Position numbers and translations under genes: made by a program. Source: Octopus bimaculoides (taxonomy: Eukaryota). From it: a stretch of DNA of 43,608 bases. The stretch covers positions 48,602,197 to 48,645,804 of the forward strand of contig NC_068988.1 in assembly GCF_001194135.2 (NCBI RefSeq). The letters run 5' to 3'. Below the pieces are notes generated by a model, which worked only from the letters and a program-made list of their open reading frames with translations, was not told where the DNA came from and did no database searches. This document shows, piece by piece, positions 26,894-38,820 of the stretch. How positions within the stretch are numbered: the stretch's first letter is position 1; every line of letters starts with the position of its first letter.

Positions 26894-26899
<6 letters not shown>
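26238..26899. repeat. ~660 bp imperfect palindrome with no spacer (fold-back element)
   Basis: Centre is gtgttatta|taataacac (axis 26568/26569). The arms align along their length, e.g. ctcatcacgtcagcgatatacagggatgaaca (left) versus the reverse complement of tgttcatccctgtatatcactgacgtgatgag (right). Both ends run into (TA)n or (TC)n(TA)n. Confidence 0.92.
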
Positions 26900-26935
<36 letters not shown>

Positions 26936-27287
26936 NNNNNNNNNNNNNNNNNNNNNNNNNNNNNNNNNNNNNNNNNNNNNNNNNNNNNNNNNNNNNNNNN
27001 NNNNNNNNNNNNNNNNNNNNNNNNNNNNNNNNNNNNNNNNNNNNNNNNNNNNNNNNNNNNNNNNNNNNNNNNNNNNNNNNNNNNNNNNNNNNNNNNNNNN
27101 NNNNNNNNNNNNNNNNNNNNNNNNNNNNNNNNNNNNNNNNNNNNNNNNNNNNNNNNNNNNNNNNNNNNNNNNNNNNNNNNNNNNNNNNNNNNNNNNNNNN
27201 NNNNNNNNNNNNNNNNNNNNNNNNNNNNNNNNNNNNNNNNNNNNNNNNNNNNNNNNNNNNNNNNNNNNNNNNNNNNNNNNNNNNNNN

Positions 27288-27321
<34 letters not shown>

Positions 27322-27744
27322 CACCTTTCAACTTCTCTGCATTAAGAACTGAAATGTAAGATCTACTCTACCCTGATAACGAGGCTTGTCTTATCCAATA
27401 TTAATTGCATTCATACGGCCGCATACTAATATGAACTAAATCTATCACCACTATTGTGGATCACCGAGCACTCAGAAACAGCCGTTGGACTTATAACACC
27501 TTTCAACCGCCCCATTCATTTTCTCTGTCGTTTGTACTCTACGTAAGTTGAACCTGTTTATATATGTCTGATTAATATAAATATCTATATATTTATACTT
27601 ACAATTCGTCATCTGAAAGCTTACACATTTTGCTTTCTCTCGTCTTGCATGTTTACATATTTCAAACTAATGTATTTGCTATATTCAATATATTTGGTGT
27701 ATTTAATTTGTTTATCTGCATAATTGCGTCTCTCTCCACGACCC

Positions 27745-27775
<31 letters not shown>

Positions 27776-27785
27776 CACTCACATG

Positions 27786-27851
<66 letters not shown>

Positions 27852-28229
27852 AACACACACATCCGGAGTGCCTCTGGCGGGCAACTATCACAGGAGCAAC
27901 AATCCTTTCTGAATTGAATTAAGAGTGGATTGGAAATTTCGTATCAAATTAAATAGTATGTGCATCTGTGTATGTGTGTGTCTGTGTTTGTGTGTGCAAA
28001 TACAATTATGAACTTTTGAACGTTCATGTTAATGCACAACAATACTCTGAAGCTATTGTCTGTATATATGGATGCGTGTATGTATGTACTTATGCGTATA
28101 TCTATCCATGTATACAATGTAGGTAGCATATTACATAAGACGTGTGTGAGTGTGAAATATACAGCTTTACTGATCATTCTATAAATAACTGAAATATTAT
28201 TTTTCTAATAGAAAGTTACTGGTTGCTAT

Positions 28230-28242
28230 TGAATTACAAATC

Positions 28243-28286
<44 letters not shown>

Positions 28287-28463
28287 CGTCATCATCATCA
28301 TCATTATCATCATCATCAGCAACAGCAACATTATTATTATTGCTATTGTTGCTCTTAATTTTACTTTTATCATCTTTCTCATCATCGTCGTCGTCGTCAT
28401 CGCCTATCATCATCATCAGCAGCAGCAGCAGCAGCATCATTACTGTCGTCCTCATCATCTTCC

Positions 28464-28500
<37 letters not shown>
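28230..28500. repeat. Compound (ATT)/(CAT)/(CAG)/(CGT) microsatellite
   Basis: Direct inspection. Confidence 0.9.
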
Positions 28501-28501
<1 letters not shown>

Positions 28502-29472
28502 TAAATGTCTATCTATCTCAATATCAGCCCATCAATCTTTATATCTCCGTTACCTTCCATATAAACGAATATCATCTTATTAGACAAATCAATCAATATG
28601 TATGCGTAGATACATGTGATTGTTCATGTATGTACGGATGAACGCACTCTCTCTCACACACACACACACACACACATACATATATGTAGATAAACCGAAA
28701 GATATACAGACTCACATGTCTATATATGTGTATATATGCATAAATATAGATATGCATAAACGAATAATTATATTCTTGGGAATGGAAATTTCCCTTATGA
28801 ATTTTTTTACACACTGGCTTCTTGATAAAATTATTGTAAAATAGTTGTATCCCCTTTTGAATTTATATATATATATATATATATCGATATACATATAAAT
28901 ATATACGTGTGCGTGCGTGTATTTATATATATATACATATATATATATATATCATATTTCACAAAGGACGTACAATAAAACCAGAACTTAGATTTGTGTT
29001 GAAATGCTTTGTTACTACGTAAGTTCGTCCTATTAATATAAATATGTCTATATCATCTATACTTAAAATTCATCATCTGAAAGTCTCCACCTTTTACGTC
29101 ACTCGATCATCATACAGATATTTGCATAAATATTTTGTCAACGTATTCTATTTCGAGGAACACCTGAGCTTACACAGATATTCTACAATATGTACAAAGA
29201 AAGTAAATGATTACGTAACTATACGTTTACTGGCCATACTAGTGAAAGCCTGCCAGAGATGCCAGCTAAACAGTTACGGTCTATTTATGTTTGATGAAGA
29301 AAGAAAATAAAGATTATAATGTCGTTCAACACATACAGAAATAGAGGATGATTACGACCTGGATGCTCTTCATAAAAGGCATGTTGTCTTACGGAGTTTG
29401 ACGCAGGACTAAGCAATAACTATTCCAACAGAATACAAGCCAAAAAAGTACAGTACCACAATGATAAGACAT

Positions 29473-29560
29473 ATTGGTTTCAAATTTTGTTACAAGGCCA
29501 ACGATTTAGGGAGAGGGGGTAAGTCAATTGCATCATCCTCAGTATCCAACGTTTGCGTCT
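29473..29560 (-). mobile_element. 3' tail fragment of OK-like SINE
   Basis: ttggtttcaaattttgttacaaggccaacgatttagggagagggggtaagtcaattgcatc resembles the tail of the 24772 copy. Confidence 0.5.
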
Positions 29561-32539
29561 TTACGTAATAACTTGTTGATTATTGGTGGCTGTCACCCAA
29601 TTAAAGGTCGCTAACCCTGAGATCACGTCCTTAACGACACCCAAAGCAAGTTTGTGCTGAAATATTTCATTATGTCTTGCCATTAGTTGAAATTAACAAT
29701 TAAAATCAACGGTTCAGGGATGTAGGAACATTTCATAACGCTATATTTATCGCTTTTGCTGCGAGATTTCTATTCCGGATGAAGATTATTTCTCTACGAC
29801 GTTTGAAGCTATCAAGGAAATGCTATTAATTCGCAAGTATTCCTTTTTGAATCGCAAATAGGATTTGCTTTCAGCGTAGCAGTGAATATTTTAGAGAGAA
29901 TTCTCACTCCTAACTTCTAGAGAAAAATTTTCATACAGATTTGAGAGAGAAATTCTTACATCATAGATAGTGGTGGTATGATTAAAGAGGAACATGTTTG
30001 GAATCTCAAACATCTCTCAGATGCTGATAATGAATCTAGTTTCAAGTGAAAAGATAGCAAGAATAGTATATCGATAGTATAGAATTTATTGTTGGATGTA
30101 TTTTTTCCCCGGGACATCTTCATTTCATTGATAAAGGCGGAAACTGTTGAAGGAAATGCTGGTACCTTATCGTACTGGATGTTTTCATTTTTCTACTCAA
30201 ATCGCTTGAATTAAAACTCCAAACGAATAAATAAGATTTCTGATGAAATTCTTCCCTCTAAGGGCCATCTTTGAAAATCAGATATTTCCCTGATACTAAA
30301 ACTTTGCAGAACATGCTTGGAAATGAAAAGGAAATTTAAAATCCACCTCTTCTATCCCTTGATGAAAACATTGAATTTGTTTCTTAGACAGATACCTCAC
30401 AAAACTCTATTGCAGATACTTTGGAGCAAAAATATGTAGTTATGTGAGCAAATAAAAAGAAACCCCATCTAAAAAGATAAAACCGAAGAAAGGCATTACT
30501 TTTACAATAAGAATTTTATTTTCATAAATATCGAGGTGTTTAGAATTTCATTGAAGTACGATATTTTGTGATTTTCGAAAATATGACAAAATCCTGTAGT
30601 ACTCTTTTTCTATCACTTTTTCTTTATCTCACTTTCTTTCTCTCTTTCCCTATCTATCTTTCTCTGCCTTCCTCTGAGTTTGTGTAACAGTTAATTTTTA
30701 TGTAACGAACTGTTATCTTTTCTTGTAAAGCTAGAAGATTTTAAATCCTAGAAATATGTCGACTCTAAAACTTCTGTCGTATTGGTAATTTTTTTATTCC
30801 TTCAGAAGTGCCGGTGAGTTTTATCAATCAATGATTCTTTTGGAGGGTAACATCTCAGCTTCTTAAATCTATTCATTTGTTAGGCAGACAATATCTCAGT
30901 TGCAAAACTAGTCGTAAAATACTTAGTGGCAATTTTTCTCCATATGTACGGGTGCCTCACATGTTCAGATAATACTAAAAAATGTCTATTTGCACGGGAA
31001 GAACTGAAAAGACGTAAAAATAACTGCACCCTTACTCAAAAGTATTGTAAGTACAACATGTACCTCTTATTATACTACAGACAACACATGGTGTCACTGT
31101 GACAGAATTATTGTGTGACGTATTACATGCACCCTATTACTTTGAATTTGTTGAGTTAATCAGTGGAAGTGCCTCAAGGAAAAGCAAATATTTATCAACG
31201 CCATCAGTATGCATCTCATAGTAGTTAGGATTTAAACAAAAGGTTTGGCCATCATTTACCAAGCAATATTTCTATGAAGTGATATGATGGTAAAAGCTCA
31301 TCTAAATCTCAACTTGTTTGAAAATAAAACATTCAACATACTATACAAACGTGTTTCTCACCAAAACGTTATAATTTGATTAGATTTTTGATCGGTTTTG
31401 ATTAATTAATTATTTTGAAATATTTATGAGTGTGTGCAGGAAAGCAAGGAAAATTATAATATAATGTGCTAATATTCCGTTTGTTTCAAAATTATGAAGT
31501 CGTAAATGTTGGATAACTGAGTTTATGTGTGTTAATATGTTATAAATACGTATATGTTTTACCATACACACCAAAACACTTACGTGTATATGTGTGACAC
31601 GGAGTGTGCAGTGTACTAAGTTTAATCGTTTCTGGTTTTACAAAAACAGCAAGGAAACATTTCTGAAGTTGCACGAAGTCTTACGTAAAGTGAACAAATT
31701 TCCTTTAAAAAAGGAAGGACATATAGGAAAATGTACTGGATGAGTACGAAACGCAGAATGGTTGTATCTAGAATAAGTTTCATCAGAGACCTACTCTATC
31801 AGCGCTGTCCCCCAACCACCACCACCACCACCACCACACTTACCATCAACAGGACTACAACAACCACCACCAACACCAATACCAACACTACCACCAAAAC
31901 CACCACCAACACCTCCACTAACAATAGAATAACGATTTCGTCTCTTAGAATCAATACATTTGGAGAGGTAGTTTTCAAATATTTTGATTAACCCAGTAAT
32001 TTTTTTTTTATTCCAAACAGCACAAATTTATTCTTGAGTACGGATTTTTATTCATTTCCTCCACTGAGAATAATTTGAACTTCTGTGTACTTATATCAAC
32101 AACTGAATCTAAAAGCTTGCTCTAACATTTTCACATTATTTTTTTATTTTCATCGAGCAGTTTGTTACATGATCCTTTTAATCAATATATATTCCTTGCT
32201 CTATATCACATACGTACTTTTTAACCTTATTGATTGGCTTACAAAGATTAAAATCGCTTATAATGGTATCTGTGTCGTCCAAAGTGTGTTACTAGAGAAG
32301 TTCAAGAAACTTTAGTGCCCAAAAGTCTAAGAACTAGTCCAGGCAGCTTAGTAAAGCTTTATAGAGAGTTAGTGATTAGTGGAGATCAAGTAACATCTAA
32401 CCCGGGAGAAAAGTTTGTGCGGTATTGTTTGCGGTGAAGTACTTCCTGGCAGATTCTTCGGAAGGGATTTGTAAGAGCTGTAGTGTCATGGCTAATAATT
32501 ATTCTCTTGTAGAGATTATAATGAGGGAAATAGAGAGGG

Positions 32540-32543
32540 AGAT

Positions 32544-32585
<42 letters not shown>

Positions 32586-32760
32586 ATTGGTCAAGGAAAT
32601 GGTGGCAATGAATATGATGACTACAATATCAATAGAGAATAAGTTAAAAACTGTTGATAATAAAGATGATGACAATGATGATGATGATGACGATGATGAT
32701 GATGTTGACGATGGCGATGATGATGACGACGATGATGACGATGACGATGATGACGTTAGT
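32540..32760. repeat. (GA)n and (GAT/GAC)n microsatellites
   Basis: Direct inspection; explains the poly-ER and poly-D ORF. Confidence 0.9.
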
Positions 32761-33850
32761 AATAAGTAAATATGATAACAATATTAGAGATAATATTGAT
32801 GAGATTCATGTTGGTGATACTTGTAAACAAAATGGTGATTCATGTGATGGATACAAGGTTTGTGATGATAGTAATAGGAATGAGGATGAAAATATCTGTG
32901 ATGACGTTAAGGCTTTTGCAGAACCGTTTGCTGCAGATGCCTCTATTTATAGTACTTTTAATACTGATGCTGCTGCAACTGGTGATTTTAATAGCGACAA
33001 TGGTGGTGGTGGTAGTGGTGATGAACCATTAATATTGCTAGTGATGATGTTACTCAATAATGAGGTTGATGAAAACGGTGTTGCCCGTAAGTATCAGTGA
33101 AGAGCACAGGAGAGCCAATTAAGAAAATATGAGCAAGAGAAAGAGAGAATAAAAGAAGCAACGGGAGAGAAGAGAAAGAGAGAGAATGTGGAAAATGGGG
33201 TGTACGACAGACAGAGAAAAAAGATGGGTGAGAATACGTAGAAAGAATAAGAGCATTGGCTAATGAACAAATTCACGTGTATAGTCGTTATATAAGATGA
33301 CACAATATAGAGGGAAAGCAATGCCTTACTACACAGCCCCGACCATAAATGTGTGTATGTGTGAGTGCGTATATATATATTCATGTATACATATATGTGT
33401 GTGTGTCAGTGTGCGTCTGTGTATGTATGTATGTATGTATGTGCATAGCATGATGTAAATACAAAACAGAATCGCTGGTGTATTCGCGTGATGAAGACCT
33501 CTGGAATTCAAGACCTAATTTGTTCACGTTAAATAGATATCAAGCAGCGCGTGATATAAACTGTATGAATCTGGTAAGCGAAAACTAAACCGAACACACT
33601 CGGGTGCATAGTACATATAGAGAACTAGTTTTATGAGACGCTACGCAAAAACTATGCTTGTGTAGTCATTACGAAAAATTGTCAGCACCGATTAAAATTG
33701 TGACATGAATAGCACGATTCGCCGATCGGAGAACTGAGGGTAGAATGCAAGCTGCATATATATATGTATATATAAGTTAAGGAATGGAGTAGATAATATC
33801 CGGGCTGCATATGGTTCACAATATACATACACTGACAGGGCCTCTAGGAT

Positions 33851-33900
33851 CACTGGACTAGACTAGTTTCGCCTATCAGTTGTAGGCTCGTCAGAAGTTA
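33851..33900 (-). ncRNA. Type I hammerhead ribozyme with intact catalytic core (Penelope/retrozyme type)
   Basis: Minus strand reads gtaactt-CTGACGA-GCCTA-caactga-TAGGC-GAAA-CTAGTCTAG-TC-cagtgatcc. It has the CUGANGA box (33894-33888), a perfect 5-bp stem II with 7-nt loop, and GAAA. Stem III is A-C-T-A/T-A-G-T with a 3-nt loop. The GUC cleavage triplet predicts a cut between 33856 and 33855. Stem I is imperfect (first pair U.C, then U-A, C-G, A-U). Confidence 0.85.
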
Positions 33901-33995
33901 CTTCTCAATCACTCGCTGGTTTGGCAAAATCAGCCTCTCAGTATATACATTTTTACTATATAAACTTATGGTTAACAGCGAAATACTAATAAGTA

Positions 33996-34045
33996 TATAA
34001 GCTGACGAGCCAACGACTGATAGGCAAAACTAGTCTAGTCCAGTG
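33996..34045 (+). ncRNA. Second hammerhead copy, probably inactive (G12->A in the GAAA box)
   Basis: Plus strand: ataag-CTGACGA(34002-34008)-GCCaa-cgactga-taGGC-AAAA(34026-34029)-CTAGTCTAG-TC-cagtgatcc. It is homologous to the 33851-33900 copy, but GAAA has become AAAA, stem II is weakened and stem I is largely lost. Confidence 0.75.
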
Positions 34046-35019
34046 ATCCTAGAGTCACTCATGGGTGGTTATTTTCCCTGTCAATGTATATATGTTTGTA
34101 TATATATATNNNNNNNNNNNNNNNNNNNNNNNNNNNNNNNNNNNNNNNNNNNNNNNNNNNNNNNNNNNNNNNNNNNNNNNNNNNNNNNNNNNNNNNNNNN
34201 NNNNNNNNNNNNNNNNNNNNNNNNNNNNNNNNNNNNNNNNNNNNNNNNNNNNNNNNNNNNNNNNNNNNNNNNNNNNNNNNNNNNNNNNNNNNNNNNNNNN
34301 NNNNNNNNNNNNNNNNNNNNNNNNNNNNNNNNNNNNNNNNNNNNNNNNNNNNNNNNNNNNNNNNNNNNNNNNNNNNNNNNNNNNNTAATATAAAGTAAAG
34401 TAAATATCATAAGATAAATATAATAAAAAGATTACACGTGTTTCATAACCAATTTTCAAATAGAAAAGAAATTTAAATCGATTAAAATCAATTAAATTAT
34501 CGAAAATAAGTTCTATTCAAAAATATAGCTACTCGTCAGATCGTAAGTAGAACAATAATTAGATATATATCTCAACCAACAATAAGTACCAAATGAATTA
34601 ATATGAAATACTTATTATATAAAGATAGAAAAACTATTTTAAAAATATCATAATATCAAAATAATAACCATTCAATAATCATCCCTTCATCCATAATAAT
34701 AACATGTATATTATATACAAAAAACATCTATATATATATGATTACTGTGCGATTCATACAGCATTAAGAGATATCAACTCTTATTTCTAGCAATATAGGT
34801 GCTTCGGCACTCTCAGTCACTATTTGTGAGGATGATGATGATGATGATGATATATATGACATGTGTATATAACAGCAATATTTTCATTCGGAGCAGTGAA
34901 ACAAAAGATCAACATTAAAAGTATAACATATCAAATGGAACCCGAATGAGCAGAACTACCATAGCAAGGAAAGAAGGGTAAAAAAGGAGGGGATTAAGCA
35001 GAAGAAGATGGATAGGTGA

Positions 35020-35219
35020 GTGAGTAAGAGGTTGTACCCCACAAATCAAATAGCGTATTCAACTGCGCCTCGCAGACATGATCGTAAAAGCATTGCCACG
35101 GAAAATAGCCATTGCCACTCGCTACAAAATCTATCCCACCTCGCGGGGCTTATATCTCGAACGAGTCATAGTAATTTCGATTTTGCAGAGGAAATCAGTA
35201 GTGCAGGGTCTGAGAGCAC
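35020..35219 (+). other. CpG-rich segment ending in a consensus splice donor; possible promoter or first exon
   Basis: CpG density is visibly above background from ~35040 to 35310. There is a gagcac|GTAAGT donor at 35219/35220 and a tttgcag acceptor at 35182-35188. Confidence 0.3.
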
Positions 35220-38200
35220 GTAAGTTCTCGACAGCGATTAGTACAAACTGATAGCGGTCGATCGGACTTCTGTATCGAATAATCTTCCTCTCCTCTGTGC
35301 GCTAAGTATATAATTGTTTATTTGTTTGCTATGCGTATAACACTGGTGTCAATTTGCATAAGCAGGTCCGTAATTCATTTAATCTGTAGTGGACTATGCA
35401 AAAGGCCTTGTAGTATTTAGTTACGTACTTTTGTAGCACTTAATACTTTCTTACAAGTAAAATAATATCAGTAATATGGACGTTTACTTGTTTCTGAACT
35501 CTGAACATACACAACATATACAAATAGGCAAGTGGGCGTCTCAAGGGCATTTGTATAATAAGTTGTGTTGTGCATCTTTTATTTTGTAAAAGGAAGGCGT
35601 AACCCACGATCCGTTATTACTTCAGACTCTCTGTCAGAGATCTCGATCCGAATATTTGCAACAGTGTGGATTCTTCTAATGATTCGCAAGGACCAGTTAT
35701 TAGAGTTAAACTCGTTCATGGCTTACATCTGCAGCACAAAACCCCATAACGCAAAGACCCAGAACAAATATTGCCTTGCATTCTTTTCAACAGTCTAGCA
35801 ATTCCGCCATTCATCTCAGCAACTTGGATTCAAGCTTATATCATTGAACACGAAAAGGTGCACGACAAAGGTATTGAACAGAGTCCAAAGAGACCTGGAA
35901 AAAAATAAAACAAGGCATTTTCTTCTATGCCTTAAAGACTGCACCAAATAGCTCAAGACAAGACTACATCAGTGTGTGCATTGGAGTGGGAAGTTGTTCG
36001 ATCTGGTGATGATTTGGTAACATCTACCTAAATATAATCTTGCGATATGTTTGTAGGTATTATACTCATTTGATCTACGAGTCAAATGCATTTTAATTTT
36101 CAGAAATGCATAAAACTAGTTATCAAGTGCATTTTCCTTCAGTGCATGTAGTGTTGATTTTTAGAAAGATTTTGGAATCAATTCCTATTTTAATGGTCGT
36201 GGTTAAACAGTTTGAGGGAGACTTGTCTATTCATTTAGAACTGGGCAAGTGAGAATAGGTAATCATACTCATCCTGGACTAGCCTTTGTCTTTTCTGTTG
36301 TAGATTCTGCTGAGTAGGTTTGGAAGTGTCCTCTTAATAAAATGAATGGCACTGAATTTAGTGAACATTTACTCTCATGCTATCTAAAACATATCGCGTT
36401 GCATAGCTCAAGATTCAGAGCGCTTTAAAAAAATAATAAATAGAAACTATGAAGAATGTTCTGCGTAATTTGAGGAAGGGCTGCCTATGATACCAAAGAA
36501 ATTGTAATGCATTTCAGAAACACCTGAGCCAACAAAGTAGGCCATGTAATTGTATGATCTGCTAGAAATCGAAGTGAAATCTTCGAATTACAAACTACTA
36601 TCTTAAATATACGCAGTCGATGTAGTGCCTGATGTAAAAATATGAAGAATTGTCATGGTTGGAATATCTTTGATCAGAGGTCAACTCGGTGTGTGTTGAC
36701 CTTTGGGTAAAGAACAGCAATATTAACAATAAATATAACAGTATATAGACGACGTTTCATTTTATGTTTGAGTTACCATTGAGTTAAAATATGATCAATT
36801 TTCCTTGATAGTGTGCCCTTTAGGCCCCTGATGACTAGCTTCTCAAAGTAGCATTAAATTAATACTTTAATTAAATAAATGGTCTTTTATTGTGGGAGAT
36901 GATACTCCGTCATGGAAGGGTTAAACTATATGTTCTGTATCTTAAAGATGTTAGGAAGGATGTCTCCCAGCCATATTTAGCAGGTTTGTTATAACTACTG
37001 AGAAGGCTTCTCCTTGTGTTGACTATCTAATTAGGAGGCTTCAACATGGTCATTAGAAATGGTAAAAAAGGGCAGCTAAATTCCTAAGAAATAACACCTC
37101 GCCATATAGGAAAATGGAATTTGCTTTAAAATTAGGTGGAGTGCCCCAGACCTTTTTGAAGATCATACTCACTAATGTGTTCTTCTGCTTATGGGATGGC
37201 ACGATGTTATTTGAAGAGAATTTAGCTGCTATTTCTAGCCATTCTAGTACGCTGCTCGTTGGAGACGTAGTATGTTGTACAGTATTATTTGAAAGTAGGG
37301 CATGGGTTACATATTAGTCTGCAATGGACAGACATAAAAGCACTATTTCAGTAAATGTGGCTACATCATCCATGGCAGTGTTGAATATAATGCTGACAAC
37401 GATGCTGATACTAATGGGTAATATGTTAATAATACTGAAGATGATGGTGATGGACACACTTATTATTATTATTATTAATATGATATTCACGATGACGACA
37501 GAAATACATAACGACAACAAAGACGAACAATGGACAATGGATATTTACTGCAGTAGTAATAGCGTTTGGCAATACTGATGTTCTTGTTGTCGGCGCTTTT
37601 ATAGTTGGTGTTGTTGTTGTTATTGCTAATATTGGTATTGGCAGTAGTTGTGGTGGTGGTGGTGGTGATGGCATTGGGGATGGTAGAGGGTGGGTGGTAG
37701 TGGTGATTGCAGTGGCGGTGCGACGGTGGATTTGCGAAGTCTTTAAATGGCCTAATATACAGATTATATCGGATGGAGGTTTTATTCGACTCATTTAGAC
37801 TGATACATCGATGTGTCTATAATAAGTACTTATTGCATTAGCAGATTCCATCGAACCATTGTCATCAACGAAGAAATCAGAATGCCTCTTCTGTAGACGT
37901 TAATGATAATTGAACGTCAAGAAAAGGAACCATCAATGCAAGAAATTCCTCAGAATGCATTAGGGAGTTTTTCAATATAGCTGTGTATATTGTATAGAAG
38001 CATGAATGAGTGTATGTGTCCGTATATACATGCAAATATAGATTCATACTTACGTTCAAATATACAAACACAAAAGCAGACATACTTACACATATTCATA
38101 TATCTGTGTGTAGAGACAGATGGGAGAAAGAGAGTGAGAGAATATTTGAGAATAGAGTGGCGACGTTTCTAAGTTTGCGCTTGTGGATGTATGCATGTTA

Positions 38201-38274
38201 TACGTATATTAATATGAATATCACACACGTAGCTGTTCTTACACACATACACGCAGATGCACACACATATGCAA

Positions 38275-38306
<32 letters not shown>

Positions 38307-38775
38307 NNNNNNNNNNNNNNNNNNNNNNNNNNNNNNNNNNNNNNNNNNNNNNNNNNNNNNNNNNNNNNNNNNNNNNNNNNNNNNNNNNNNNNNNNNNNNN
38401 NNNNNNNNNNNNNNNNNNNNNNNNNNNNNNNNNNNNNNNNNNNNNNNNNNNNNNNNNNNNNNNNNNNNNNNNNNNNNNNNNNNNNNNNNNNNNNNNNNNN
38501 NNNNNNNNNNNNNNNNNNNNNNNNNNNNNNNNNNNNNNNNNNNNNNNNNNNNNNNNNNNNNNNNNNNNNNNNNNNNNNNNNNNNNNNNNNNNNNNNNNNN
38601 NNNNNNNNNNNNNNNNNNNNNNNNNNNNNNNNNNNNNNNNNNNNNNNNNNNNNNNNNNNNNNNNNNNNNNNNNNNNNNNNNNNNNNNNNNNNNNNNNNNN
38701 NNNNNNNNNNNNNNNNNNNNNNNNNNNNNNNNNNNNNNNNNNNNNNNNNNNNNNNNNNNNNNNNNNNNNNNNNNN

Positions 38776-38820
<45 letters not shown>

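Larger units (their letters stand above)
33822..34092. mobile_element. ~270 bp inverted-repeat element made of two head-to-head hammerhead-bearing arms, in TA-rich microsatellite
   Basis: 33843-33894 is nearly the reverse complement of 34002-34054. Both arms end in ccctgtca(g/a)tgtat; the left arm lacks ~20 nt present in the right arm. TA-rich repeats lie on both sides. Confidence 0.8.

Noticed and set aside
27440-27495. gaaac-agcc-gtt resembling a hammerhead stem III
   Set aside because: No CUGANGA or stem II lies upstream.
31734-31790. ctggatgagtacgaaac, hammerhead-like
   Set aside because: There is an extra G in the CUGA box, stem II is impossible (gtac), and no usable stem III/GUH follows.
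32425-33100. Acidic or Met-rich ORFs (114 and 148 aa)
   Set aside because: They are explained by (GA)n and (GAT)n microsatellites, with no supporting splice or domain evidence.
37060-37317. Overlapping open frames on both strands with a minus gtgagt donor
   Set aside because: The best acceptor gives an immediate in-frame stop, and the similarity to LINE RT is too weak to call.
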